Shown in pieces: positions 19,654 to 28,837 of a stretch of 40,502 nucleotides of DNA (position 1 is the first letter of the stretch; the number at the start of each line of letters is the position of its first letter). A program made the position numbers and the translations under genes. Origin of the DNA: Promethearchaeota archaeon (GTDB taxonomy: Archaea > Asgardarchaeota > Lokiarchaeia > Sigyniarchaeales > SOKP01); NCBI GenBank assembly GCA_016839765.1, contig JAEOTP010000032.1, forward strand, positions 1 to 40,502, in the 5' to 3' direction. Below the pieces are notes generated by a model. The model ran no database searches. It had not been told where the DNA came from and worked only from the letters and a program-made list of their open reading frames with translations.

Positions 19654-20919
19654 TTATTTTAACATTGCCTTGAAAAATCGAGGTCCTAATGTTAATTTTG
19701 AAAGTGTGGGAAGTGCACTAAATAACCGTTCCCCTACGTATCTATCTCGATCTGTATCATATTTCGAAAGATCTTGGATAGTATGGGCCTCATAAACATA
19801 TTTTCTAACAGTCTCATTTGTCAGAAGGAGATTTGTATATGTGCTCCAGAGAGACTTTACATAAGCCCCTCCGCCGTAAAACAAATACTCACACGCATCT
19901 CCATTTCTAAAATACCCTTTTAGAAGAATCTGAGAAATTTCTTGTTCATATTTGATTAATTCTGCTTTTGTAAAATTACTATTATTTTCTAATAATGTTT
20001 TAATTAAGTCACTTGCCACATCAGCACAAACTAAACCACATAGGATTCCTTCATAAAAATAAGCGGTTACTATTCCTGCCGCTTCTCCTAAAATAATCAT
20101 TCTATCTTTTGTAAATGATTTTATGGGGTGTTTTGAGATTGAACCGCTCACAAATTCATTTTTATTCCAGGAAAGCCCGTTCATAAATTTCTGGATCTTT
20201 TCATAATTCTGCAGGATACGATCTAATTTATCAGATAATTCGTTGTGAGATTCTTTGTTTCCCAAATATCCAGTAGAAACTCTTCCCTTTCCAACATTAA
20301 AAAAGAAAGGACCGTTTGGACTTATATTAGGATTCAAGTGAAACATATATTGAAAATTAAAATTTCCATCCAATAATTCCTCATCTGCAAAAATATTTGT
20401 ATAGATTCCCATATAGGAATCTGGGATCTCAAACCCCAGAGATCTTTGGAGATCAAATCCACGTGAACCTGTAGCTAATGCTAGCAGTTTACTTTTATAT
20501 GCTTCTCCTTTATCATTAATAATTTCGATGTAATCCTTATGTTTATTTACTTTAATAATTCTTTCATTATAATGTGCAGTACCACCTTGATTGTCAAAAT
20601 TATTCAAAAGTTTTTTAAGGAAAACCTCAGTATGAGAAATTTTTCCTAAAGGCGCACCGAACTCTTCTGAATTTAAAAGTCCATCATATTTATCACTCTT
20701 ATAATTCAGTTGTAGAAATGGTCGTGGAAAAATAGTTTGATCATTCCAAAATTTTTCTTCTATATAGGGTTTGTTATGCTCTGCAAATATGTTGGTTCTA
20801 ACTGGAATTTCTTTGTTATAATCCTGAGCTTCTATAAGTAGTGTTTCTGCAAATCTAGAGATTTTATTAGCAAAGGATGCGCCGGCTACCCCAGCTCCTA
20901 TGATAATTACATCATACAT
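19654..20919 (-). CDS. FAD-dependent oxidoreductase, geranylgeranyl-reductase-like
   Basis: YDVIIIGAGVAG dinucleotide-binding fold, LATG, and ILGEAAG (variant of GDAAG). Confidence 0.75.
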   Translation of the reverse strand: MYDVIIIGAGVAGASFANKISRFAETLLIEAQDYNKEIPVRTNIFAEHNKPYIEEKFWNDQTIFPRPFLQLNYKSDKYDGLLNSEEFGAPLGKISHTEVFLKKLLNNFDNQGGTAHYNERIIKVNKHKDYIEIINDKGEAYKSKLLALATGSRGFDLQRSLGFEIPDSYMGIYTNIFADEELLDGNFNFQYMFHLNPNISPNGPFFFNVGKGRVSTGYLGNKESHNELSDKLDRILQNYEKIQKFMNGLSWNKNEFVSGSISKHPIKSFTKDRMIILGEAAGIVTAYFYEGILCGLVCADVASDLIKTLLENNSNFTKAELIKYEQEISQILLKGYFRNGDACEYLFYGGGAYVKSLWSTYTNLLLTNETVRKYVYEAHTIQDLSKYDTDRDRYVGERLFSALPTLSKLTLGPRFFKAMLK

Positions 20920-21006
20920 ATTAAGAGTTTTAATCCTTAACCATAAAAAAAGATTATTTTTATATTGAATTTATTAATTAAGAAGAATATTTGTTAAAAA
21001 ATCAAT

Positions 21007-21759
21007 CTAAATAATATTTTCAATTGTCCTTGATATTTTATATAAATTTACTTCTGCCATTCCAAGCGAAACAGAAGATTCAAATAGCACTACTATTAAT
21101 AAAGGATCCAATTTCCAAGGAATTTTTATCATTTTGGAAAAAACCTTTTGCTCATTATCTAAACTATAAAATGTCGTACTAAATTCAGTGGCCACCCTAT
21201 AACGAATTTCTAATTCTTTTAAGGAGGATAATAATATTTCGTGGGGAAGAGAAGAATAGATTGTTGTTCCATTTATGTCAAAAAGAGCAGCTCCAAGAAT
21301 TTCATTTTCAAATACTAAATTTTTTATTAATTCAACTATTTTTCGAAATAGTGCGTGGCTTGCAGTAATCTCTTCTTCTCCAGCTATCATTGAATCTATT
21401 TTGGCATCAAATTCAGCATTATCAATTTGTTCGTATTCTTCAATTTCATTTACATCTAAAAAATCATCAAACACTTTGGCTATACCAGTTAATCGTGAAG
21501 TTATGAACAATAAACTAGAGCTAGAATCTGCTAAAATAGCAAAAATATGTTCTATTCCAAGTTTAAACACAAATCTAAAACCACCCATTTCAAGAACTTC
21601 AGGAGTTTTCTTAGATATAACATTCTCTGAAAAGGAAAATATTGCAGAAAAAAAAGGAGTTATCAAATTAGGTTCAAGATTTTCAAAATCATCCGTAAAA
21701 TTCCTACTATAAATGCAAACTCCGCTCTTAGTTAATATGAATAATGAATGAATTTTCAT
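21007..21759 (-). CDS. Longin-like + roadblock-like two-domain protein
   Basis: N-terminal longin pattern IHSLFILTKSGVCIYS...LITPFFSAIFSF; C-terminal roadblock pattern ILGAALFDINGTTIYS...VSLGMA. Confidence 0.7.
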   Translation of the reverse strand: MKIHSLFILTKSGVCIYSRNFTDDFENLEPNLITPFFSAIFSFSENVISKKTPEVLEMGGFRFVFKLGIEHIFAILADSSSSLLFITSRLTGIAKVFDDFLDVNEIEEYEQIDNAEFDAKIDSMIAGEEEITASHALFRKIVELIKNLVFENEILGAALFDINGTTIYSSLPHEILLSSLKELEIRYRVATEFSTTFYSLDNEQKVFSKMIKIPWKLDPLLIVVLFESSVSLGMAEVNLYKISRTIENII

Positions 21760-22013
21760 TTAAGTTTATACTCTAGAAGTCTATTAACTATTTCTCTATA
21801 GAAATATAGTTTTTTAAGTATTATTTAAATTTATTTTTCATAATATTTTGATTTCTTACACTTATTAATTATTAGGTTCTCAAAAAGGCTATATTTTTGT
21901 TTATTAATAACTAGTGTATTTAAATTTCATATATTTCGTGATTAAGTCGTGATTTTTACTACACAATAAAGACATTTAAATAGATTCTGTTATTTTTTTC
22001 AATTAAATAAGGA

Positions 22014-22032
22014 TGTGATAAGTAATATCACA
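22014..22032. promoter_or_regulatory. Candidate operator upstream of thioredoxin
   Basis: Perfect arms TGTGATA-N5-TATCACA, ending 32 bp before the ATG. Confidence 0.5.
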
Positions 22033-22064
22033 ACCTCAAACCCATTAGAAAATCGAGAAGAAAA

Positions 22065-22475
22065 ATGTCTGATGAAGAAATAGAAAAGATTCGAATGAAA
22101 AAAGCTGAGCTTTTATTAAATGTGCAAACTATGCCAAAACAGATCATAAAGATTCATTCAGCAGAGGAATTTGATAATTTATTAAAAAAATTCCCTAATA
22201 AAGTAATAATAATAGATTTTTGGGCAGTTTGGTGTGGACCATGTGTGATGTTTGCACCAATTTTTGAGAAGTTACAACAAGTTTATGGCGAGGAATTCAT
22301 ATTTGTAAAACTGAATGTGGATGAAAATCCTTCTATTGCGCAGAGATATAGAATTACAGGCATTCCAACAACATTATTTGTTAAAAGTGATAAAGTAGTA
22401 CATAAGGTTGTTGGAGCTGTAAATGCTGAATATATGGAACGTGTTTTAGAGAAATTAAAATCGTTTTCAAAATAG
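22065..22475 (+). CDS. trxA: Thioredoxin
   Basis: IDFWAVWCGPC and cis-Pro motif GIPT. Confidence 0.93.
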   Translation: MSDEEIEKIRMKKAELLLNVQTMPKQIIKIHSAEEFDNLLKKFPNKVIIIDFWAVWCGPCVMFAPIFEKLQQVYGEEFIFVKLNVDENPSIAQRYRITGIPTTLFVKSDKVVHKVVGAVNAEYMERVLEKLKSFSK

Positions 22476-22522
22476 TTTTATTTTTTAATTTTTTTTTGTA
22501 TATCTTTAATTAGTTTAATAGA

Positions 22523-22984
22523 GTGTTAAAAACCATGGAAAGTATTTCTGAACAGTTAAAAACTATTTTAGAGGAAAAGAAGATATTTAAAAGTGGGAAT
22601 TTATTTCGGTGTATTCTCGGTCTTAACGATATTGAATCCAATGTATTTACGTATTTACTTAAAAATGATAATGTAAGTACTATGGAATTAACAGAGATTT
22701 TAAATAAAGATAGAAGTTCAATTCAAAGAGCCTTAAAAGATTTACTTGATTTAAGAGTTATTAAAAGGTATTCTCTTTCGCTAAAAGAATATTGTGAACT
22801 TAAAGGTATAGCGGATAATAATAATAAAAGAGGATACTTATATGTGTATAAAGCAAAAGATTTGAATAAGGTTAAAGTTCAATTTAGAGATTTATTAGAT
22901 AAGTGGTATAGCTCTATGGTCAATTATATTGACAATTTAGATAGTTTATTTGACTGTTATGAAAAAAATGGAGAACTCTGTTAG
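22523..22984 (+). CDS. Winged-helix transcriptional regulator (archaeal TrmB/MarR-like)
   Basis: C(I)LGLNDIE..VF..LL, HTH 'TMELTEILNKDRSSIQRALKDL', and wing GYLYVY. The real start may be the ATG a few codons in. Confidence 0.8.
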   Translation: MLKTMESISEQLKTILEEKKIFKSGNLFRCILGLNDIESNVFTYLLKNDNVSTMELTEILNKDRSSIQRALKDLLDLRVIKRYSLSLKEYCELKGIADNNNKRGYLYVYKAKDLNKVKVQFRDLLDKWYSSMVNYIDNLDSLFDCYEKNGELC

Positions 22985-23030
22985 TTTCTACCAAAAGAAT
23001 ATTTCCTTTTTTAAAAGAAAAAAATGTAGT

Positions 23031-23444
23031 TTAAAATGGTAAAACTACAATAGTTATGTGTAATAATGCTCCAATTATTAAAGCTACGATTATATAGAGT
23101 AAAAATGCAAGGATTGTGACGATAATAGCATAAAGAAACCCAATGTTATGTCTGGCAGCTATAATTATCCATGTTATAATCAGAGCTACAATCCACGCTA
23201 ACCATCCCTCCAAAAAAAGGAAGATAATCGCAAAGAAGATAGTTATTATAAATGAAGTAAGAAAAACACTACCAAATTCCGTGTGACGAGCTTTACTGAA
23301 AAAACTTAAAGCAAGCTTCAGAAAAATTGCCATTATTAACAGAATGATCAAATATATCACTAAGAACCACATTATTTCTTCGAAAGTGTCTAATGATTCA
23401 AGCCAATCCTCATTAAAAATTTGAAATATCATTTCTTTAATCAC
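23031..23444 (-). CDS. Small four-TM membrane protein
   Basis: Four hydrophobic segments; no family recognised. Confidence 0.7.
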   Translation of the reverse strand: MIKEMIFQIFNEDWLESLDTFEEIMWFLVIYLIILLIMAIFLKLALSFFSKARHTEFGSVFLTSFIITIFFAIIFLFLEGWLAWIVALIITWIIIAARHNIGFLYAIIVTILAFLLYIIVALIIGALLHITIVVLPF

Positions 23445-23598
23445 TACTTAATTTTTAGTTTTTAATTCAATTTTATTAATGACTAATTTAAATTATGAAT
23501 TAATATTTTTGTTTTAAATTTTAATAGGACTATTAACAATTCAGGGGATTGAAAAAAAATGTGAATAAAAAAAGTATTAAAAAAAAATTTATTTTATT

Positions 23599-23955
23599 TT
23601 ATAAATAAATGCTTAATTTATCGATATCATCTTTTAATTTGGAAATACGTTTTATCTGTTTCTCTTCTTCGTCTAACCCTTGCAAATCTTCAGTTGAACT
23701 CATGCGTTCGTCTTCATAAGACTTTTCAACCATCATTCCATATCTAATTGCAAAAGCCACTAATTCGGGTATTATTGAAATCATGGTTTTAAAGCTAAAT
23801 ATTCCACTTAACGTACTCAAGATTGCTATCATCTCTCCAAAAGGGTCTATGTCAATTCCGGGTTGTTTCATCAACACCATTATCTTTTTAAAAAGAACAT
23901 CATAAATTAATTCAAGTTCTTCTTTATTAAGACTGTATTCATCACCCATTTTCAA
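23599..23955 (-). CDS. Hypothetical helical protein with a charged tail ending I-Y-L
   Basis: 118-aa ORF that fills the gap between neighbours. Confidence 0.65.
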   Translation of the reverse strand: MKMGDEYSLNKEELELIYDVLFKKIMVLMKQPGIDIDPFGEMIAILSTLSGIFSFKTMISIIPELVAFAIRYGMMVEKSYEDERMSSTEDLQGLDEEEKQIKRISKLKDDIDKLSIYL

Positions 23956-24035
23956 TTCCTCTATATTTTTTTATTTTTAAATTTCTAGTCATAAAACAAA
24001 TAAAAAAATGTACCCTTTTCTTTTCTAGAATCTAG

Positions 24036-24866
24036 ATGTTTTTAATGTCGATTAATATGATAAAAACAGAACAGAAGATTGTGAGGACAATACTTTACAA
24101 TTTTATAATTTTTTTGTTCTTTTTCTTCTGGTTTTTTTACTCCACATATGATAATGTTATTGGAGTAATCTTAATATGCTTTTCAATCATCATTTTGTTA
24201 CTTTACTCATCTATTTACAATAGTAAAATAAATAACAAGTTTTCCGTAAAATTTTTTCATTTAATCCTTATTTTAATTTCAATATTTTTTATAATAGAAG
24301 TTCTGTTTTTCTATAAAGCATTTTCACCTACAATTTTCATTTTATATAATAATTTAATTGGAATAGAGCATCAACATGATATTCTGTTATTTATTTTCTA
24401 TTTACTATTAACAATCTTAAAAGTATTACCAATTAGATTTTTTTATAATAAGCTAATTAATTTAATTAAAGAACCTCAACTGGATAATTATATTGGATAT
24501 TTTATTGAGGATTTTAATAAAAAAAAGTTGATTCTTTTAATTCTACTAGTTCCTATGGCTGCTTTTGTCGAAGAATTTATTTTTAGAAGTTTATTATTAA
24601 CTGTTATTGTAAATTATCTAAATTGGAACATCTTTATAGCTATTCTCTTCATATCATCAGTATTTGGAATTCTTCATTACTCCTCTTCAAGAAATTGGGC
24701 TCATTTTCTCTCTACGTTATTATCATCAATTATATACTTCTTTGCTCTAATTCAATTGGGGTTACTATATCCTTGGATATTACATTTGACGACAAATAGT
24801 CTTGCATTATTATTTTTTTATCAAAATCATAGAAAAAATACGAAAAAATACGAAAAATTAAGTTAG
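24036..24866 (+). CDS. CPBP (Rce1/Abi-type) intramembrane protease
   Basis: EEFIFR, FGILH and HLTTN motifs in a multi-TM protein. Confidence 0.88.
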   Translation: MFLMSINMIKTEQKIVRTILYNFIIFLFFFFWFFYSTYDNVIGVILICFSIIILLLYSSIYNSKINNKFSVKFFHLILILISIFFIIEVLFFYKAFSPTIFILYNNLIGIEHQHDILLFIFYLLLTILKVLPIRFFYNKLINLIKEPQLDNYIGYFIEDFNKKKLILLILLVPMAAFVEEFIFRSLLLTVIVNYLNWNIFIAILFISSVFGILHYSSSRNWAHFLSTLLSSIIYFFALIQLGLLYPWILHLTTNSLALLFFYQNHRKNTKKYEKLS

Positions 24867-24880
24867 AAATTAAGAGTGCT

Positions 24881-26653
24881 TTAATGATAGAGATATAAAA
24901 AACGTTCCATGTAGTACAGGAATATTTGTGTATAATATCCGGGATAATAAAAATCGCAACCATGTCCTCCTAAAGGCATCCAAATAATAGCACATTGTTT
25001 ATTATTTTGTGATAAATAGATGTCTCTGATATTAGTTGCTATACCGAAATAATTTAAAATATCATGAGTTCCTTGGAAAATTAAACAAGGAGGACTACTT
25101 TCTTCAATCAAAGTCTCAGGATTTTTAAATTCTTCTCTACCATCAATCCCAAACCAAGATGCCATCCCATTTGCCGGGTAATAAGGTATAATTCCTCTTA
25201 TTATAAGAGTGGAATTGAGAATGTCTGAATAATTACCGTTTGCTATAGCTAAAGCAGTAGCACACGTAAGATGTCCCCCCGAAGAACCTCCAGTAACAAA
25301 CACAGAATCCAAGTTAGCACCATATCTCTGTGCATTTTCAGCAAGATAATTTGTGAAAATGCCTATATGTCGTACCATATCATCAATATTAAAATCTCCT
25401 TTAGTATATCTTGGTGTAACTGGGTCTATTGGCGTTAGAAATGAATCAAATAAACCATATTGGATATCAAATACAATGTACCCTTGAGCTGCTAAATATT
25501 TATTAAATGGAATTCTGTCTGAGCCCCCCTTATCTCCCAATATCCAGCCGCCTCCATGGATGCTTAAAATCGTTGAGTTCTGTCCTGGAAGCCCCACTCC
25601 TTTTTTTAAGGGCATGTAAGCATCAAAATAAAGATTAATCCCCTCCTCATCATAAAATAATGTATGTTCTTCGACCAAGCAATCTTTGGGAGGAATTCCT
25701 AAAAAATATCCTGGGGTTGTAAACGGAGTTTTCAATAAGTAATTATTTACTTTGACAGGGATTCTACTTTGCCAATCATCGCCAAAAGCATTTGAAAAGT
25801 TTTTATTTGCAGCAAAAATTGTGAGATGCGTTAAAAATAAAGGTAAAAGCATTACAAATGAAATAACAAGCCCTATTATCGTTTTTCTTTTAATCTTTTT
25901 AGGCTTCCATTTGTGTTTCTTTAACTTGAAAAGTAAAAGCATATTAGCTAGAAAAATTAAAGAGAAAAACGCTCCAAATTGAGAAGAAAACATGGCAAAA
26001 ATAGTAGTGACTATTTCAAATGAGCCAAATAATGTAACAAAAGCGCATAAACCCCCAATAATGAAGGTAATACTACTGAGGATTGTCAGAATTCTTTTTA
26101 AGACTCTTTTTAAACCCCTATTAGAAACAGTTTTATCAATATTATTTTCTGAATTCCATAATATTCTATTGTTGATATTTTTAATATCAAATAAAGCAAT
26201 TAGAAAACTGAATGCAAATAAGCTGATAAAACAAAAATAAATTAAGAAATATCCCCCAAGGCTATTGATTATTGAATTTGTGTAACTTGCATAAATAATT
26301 AAATTTCCTCCGATAATACCCATTAATGCAAGAATCATGAATACTAAATACACATAGCAAATCAAATTTAACTTCTTACCTAATTTAGTCGCTTTATTCA
26401 CTTTAATAGAGCTAAGATAAACGAGTAAACCATTTACAAATAAAGTAACAATTATCAATATTCCAAATACATCCCAAAAAATTGTATAGATAGGCAGTAT
26501 CAAATATGAAATACCACAAATAATGCAAATTGGATTTAATAGTACAGAAAGATGACTAATCCTTTTAATAGTAAGAAAAGCTACAAGATTTTCGACTAAT
26601 ATTCTTGTACTTTTAAATTTGTAATCTATTTTGATAATTGATGGCTGTTCCAA
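24881..26653 (-). CDS. Multi-TM membrane-bound esterase/lipase (HSL-like alpha/beta-hydrolase)
   Basis: About 7 N-terminal TMs; HGGGW, GGSSGG, GTHD and GGH. Confidence 0.85.
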   Translation of the reverse strand: MEQPSIIKIDYKFKSTRILVENLVAFLTIKRISHLSVLLNPICIICGISYLILPIYTIFWDVFGILIIVTLFVNGLLVYLSSIKVNKATKLGKKLNLICYVYLVFMILALMGIIGGNLIIYASYTNSIINSLGGYFLIYFCFISLFAFSFLIALFDIKNINNRILWNSENNIDKTVSNRGLKRVLKRILTILSSITFIIGGLCAFVTLFGSFEIVTTIFAMFSSQFGAFFSLIFLANMLLLFKLKKHKWKPKKIKRKTIIGLVISFVMLLPLFLTHLTIFAANKNFSNAFGDDWQSRIPVKVNNYLLKTPFTTPGYFLGIPPKDCLVEEHTLFYDEEGINLYFDAYMPLKKGVGLPGQNSTILSIHGGGWILGDKGGSDRIPFNKYLAAQGYIVFDIQYGLFDSFLTPIDPVTPRYTKGDFNIDDMVRHIGIFTNYLAENAQRYGANLDSVFVTGGSSGGHLTCATALAIANGNYSDILNSTLIIRGIIPYYPANGMASWFGIDGREEFKNPETLIEESSPPCLIFQGTHDILNYFGIATNIRDIYLSQNNKQCAIIWMPLGGHGCDFYYPGYYTQIFLYYMERFLYLYH

Positions 26654-26677
26654 TTAAATAACCCTGTTATCCTATTA

Positions 26678-26699
26678 TAGACATTATTTGTAATGTCTA
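26678..26699. promoter_or_regulatory. Candidate operator upstream of the esterase
   Basis: Perfect arms TAGACATTA-TTTG-TAATGTCTA, about 25 bp from the start codon. Confidence 0.55.
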
Positions 26700-27040
26700 A
26701 AATTAATCATTTAAAGCACTCCTAATTAATCTCAAATTGACTTTTTAGGAGAATTAAATGGTAACTTATTAATGATAATTTTATTATTAAAAAAAGTTCG
26801 GAAATTTAATTTTACGTGATAGCAAAAAAGGACAAAAAAAAATAAATAGATTTTTATATCAATTTAATTACCAAATGAAAGTGTTCTCCCTAAATCAAGT
26901 ACAGGAATTTATAGGATCATTTTTATTGAAAATGAAAATAATGAAGTATAATTAAATAAGATCATAATATTATTAAATTTCCAATTAATGTTTGTTAATG
27001 AAAAAAGTTTTCATATACAAATATAAATTTAGAAAGAAAA

Positions 27041-27682
27041 TTGTTCTCTAATAACAAAATTGAAATTGAAAGCACTTTAAAATTTTTAAAGTGTTTTAAA
27101 TGTGAAGATAATAGGAATTTAATTCCTTATCCTATTGATAAGATTCACAAAAGTAAGATTAAGAAATTTAGAAAAAATAAATCAAATATCTATGTACCTA
27201 TTTGTTTAAAATGTAGTCTAGAATTCCAAAGATGGAATAGATTTAATAAAAATTACAAAAGGAAAAATATTGAATCATTTTTTTATATAATTACGACTTT
27301 TTCTTTAATGTGGGTTATAATTGAAAACTTTTGGGTTAATTTCTTTCTACTAATTTTAATTATTGGCATTTTAATAACATATAATTTTCAAAGTCGAAAA
27401 TATCTGAAGAAAATGGAATTTTACCCACAAAAATATATTTATTACTCGAAAAATGGAGTTATTTGCATAAAACCAGAAAATTCACTAGTTTGGATTCCAT
27501 ATCTAGAATGGATAAGAGAGATTATGTATGAGGGATATTATCAGGAAAAATGTGAGAAGGAATTCTACGAAATAAATCAGGATTCAAATATCTTAAAATG
27601 TATTCATTGCGGAGTAAAAATTAAAAGATATTACACTAAATGTCATAAATGTGGAAATTTATTACCTTTAAGACAAATTTAA
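27041..27682 (+). CDS. Membrane protein with N- and C-terminal zinc ribbons
   Basis: CFKC...CLKC, a TM hairpin, then CIHC...CHKC. Confidence 0.7.
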   Translation: MFSNNKIEIESTLKFLKCFKCEDNRNLIPYPIDKIHKSKIKKFRKNKSNIYVPICLKCSLEFQRWNRFNKNYKRKNIESFFYIITTFSLMWVIIENFWVNFFLLILIIGILITYNFQSRKYLKKMEFYPQKYIYYSKNGVICIKPENSLVWIPYLEWIREIMYEGYYQEKCEKEFYEINQDSNILKCIHCGVKIKRYYTKCHKCGNLLPLRQI

Positions 27683-27892
27683 CCATTACTGTTAGATTCG
27701 AAATTTATTATCTTAAGTTTAAATATTTTAATATCTATTCTTTTACTAACAAAGAGAAGATAACAGCAAAATTATTCCGCGAGAATGATTTTGTTATTAA
27801 TAACTAATCTAATAACCTAAATAGAAAGAAATATTTATTTTAAATCTAAGAATATAAGAATTTTAAGCAATAATTAAAGTAACTAGTTAATC

Positions 27893-28738
27893 ATGATTAT
27901 TTGGATTCTTGATAGTGATTCAGGAGTAAAATTATTATATAAATCATTTTTGAAAACTGATGCAGATGAAGATATAGTTTCTGGTTTTTTGACCGCCTTT
28001 CACCATTTTTCTGTGGAAGAGTTTCACCAATCGCTAGAATCTATAGAAATGGGGGGACTTAAATGGATATATACATTAGCACAAGATTATAATTTACTTT
28101 TTGTAGCAGCAGGGACAAAACTTATTAAAACAGAGATTTTAATGGGAAGATTAAACGCTATAAAAGAAGCCTTCATCAAAGAATTTGAACTAATTCTATT
28201 AAAGAGGATAAAAATCTGGGACGGAAATATCGGGGTTTTTGCGCCTTTTATTAATGTTATTGAAGATTATTACAATCAATGGGAGGAAGTAGAGACTTTA
28301 GCTCAAGTAGCTGATTTTTTCGATATTCTTGGAATATTTCAGCAAATACTCATTATAATTAGAAATATAATCGAAAATAAAATGTATACAAAATCTAAGA
28401 ATTTAATTCTAAACGGGATTGAAGAAAAATTTAAATCCTTAAAAAATCAAGAAGTGTTTAAAAATCAGGTTGAGATGAAAAATATAACTTTTTCTAAAAA
28501 ATCTTGGTTTAACATTATCGATGAGACACTAATTAAATGTGATATAGTTTTAGTTATTAAATATTTGAAATTATTACTTACTGATATTATTAACATTTTA
28601 AAGGATGTGAAAGGTAATAATTTATGTATGAAATATTTCAGTGAAGAAAATATGTATGCTTACCTCTTTAATAATTTGAAATTATTAAAAGATTTGAAAC
28701 TAGATACTTTTTTACTTGAGTTATTTTTATTATTATAG
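27893..28738 (+). CDS. Longin-like domain protein with a helical C-terminal domain
   Basis: IIWILDSDSGVKLLY...DEDIVSGFLTAF...LESIEMGG pattern typical of Asgard longins. Confidence 0.75.
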   Translation: MIIWILDSDSGVKLLYKSFLKTDADEDIVSGFLTAFHHFSVEEFHQSLESIEMGGLKWIYTLAQDYNLLFVAAGTKLIKTEILMGRLNAIKEAFIKEFELILLKRIKIWDGNIGVFAPFINVIEDYYNQWEEVETLAQVADFFDILGIFQQILIIIRNIIENKMYTKSKNLILNGIEEKFKSLKNQEVFKNQVEMKNITFSKKSWFNIIDETLIKCDIVLVIKYLKLLLTDIINILKDVKGNNLCMKYFSEENMYAYLFNNLKLLKDLKLDTFLLELFLLL

Positions 28739-28837
28739 TATCTAAAGTATATGAAAAATCCTTTATATCAATAAAATTATTATTATTAAAGAACGTATTT
28801 ATACAAAAACGTGATTTTTTTAGGAACTAAACTCATG
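28718..28837 (+). repeat. Direct repeat copy 1 (longin gene end + upstream region + start of acyltransferase 1)
   Basis: Near-identical to 29952-30071. Confidence 0.9.

Noticed and set aside
24036-24866. CPBP protease as a CAAX-processing enzyme for the Rab-like GTPases
   Set aside because: Neither GTPase has a C-terminal Cys motif, and CPBP proteins are widespread in prokaryotes.
24881-24895. Esterase ends L-Y-H, formally an HbYX motif
   Set aside because: It is the end of the last helix of the hydrolase fold with no flexible tail. It shows that the motif can arise by chance.
26700-27040. Long intergenic region with short open frames near 26860-26955
   Set aside because: Short, with no recognisable similarity or RNA structure; a gene remnant cannot be supported.
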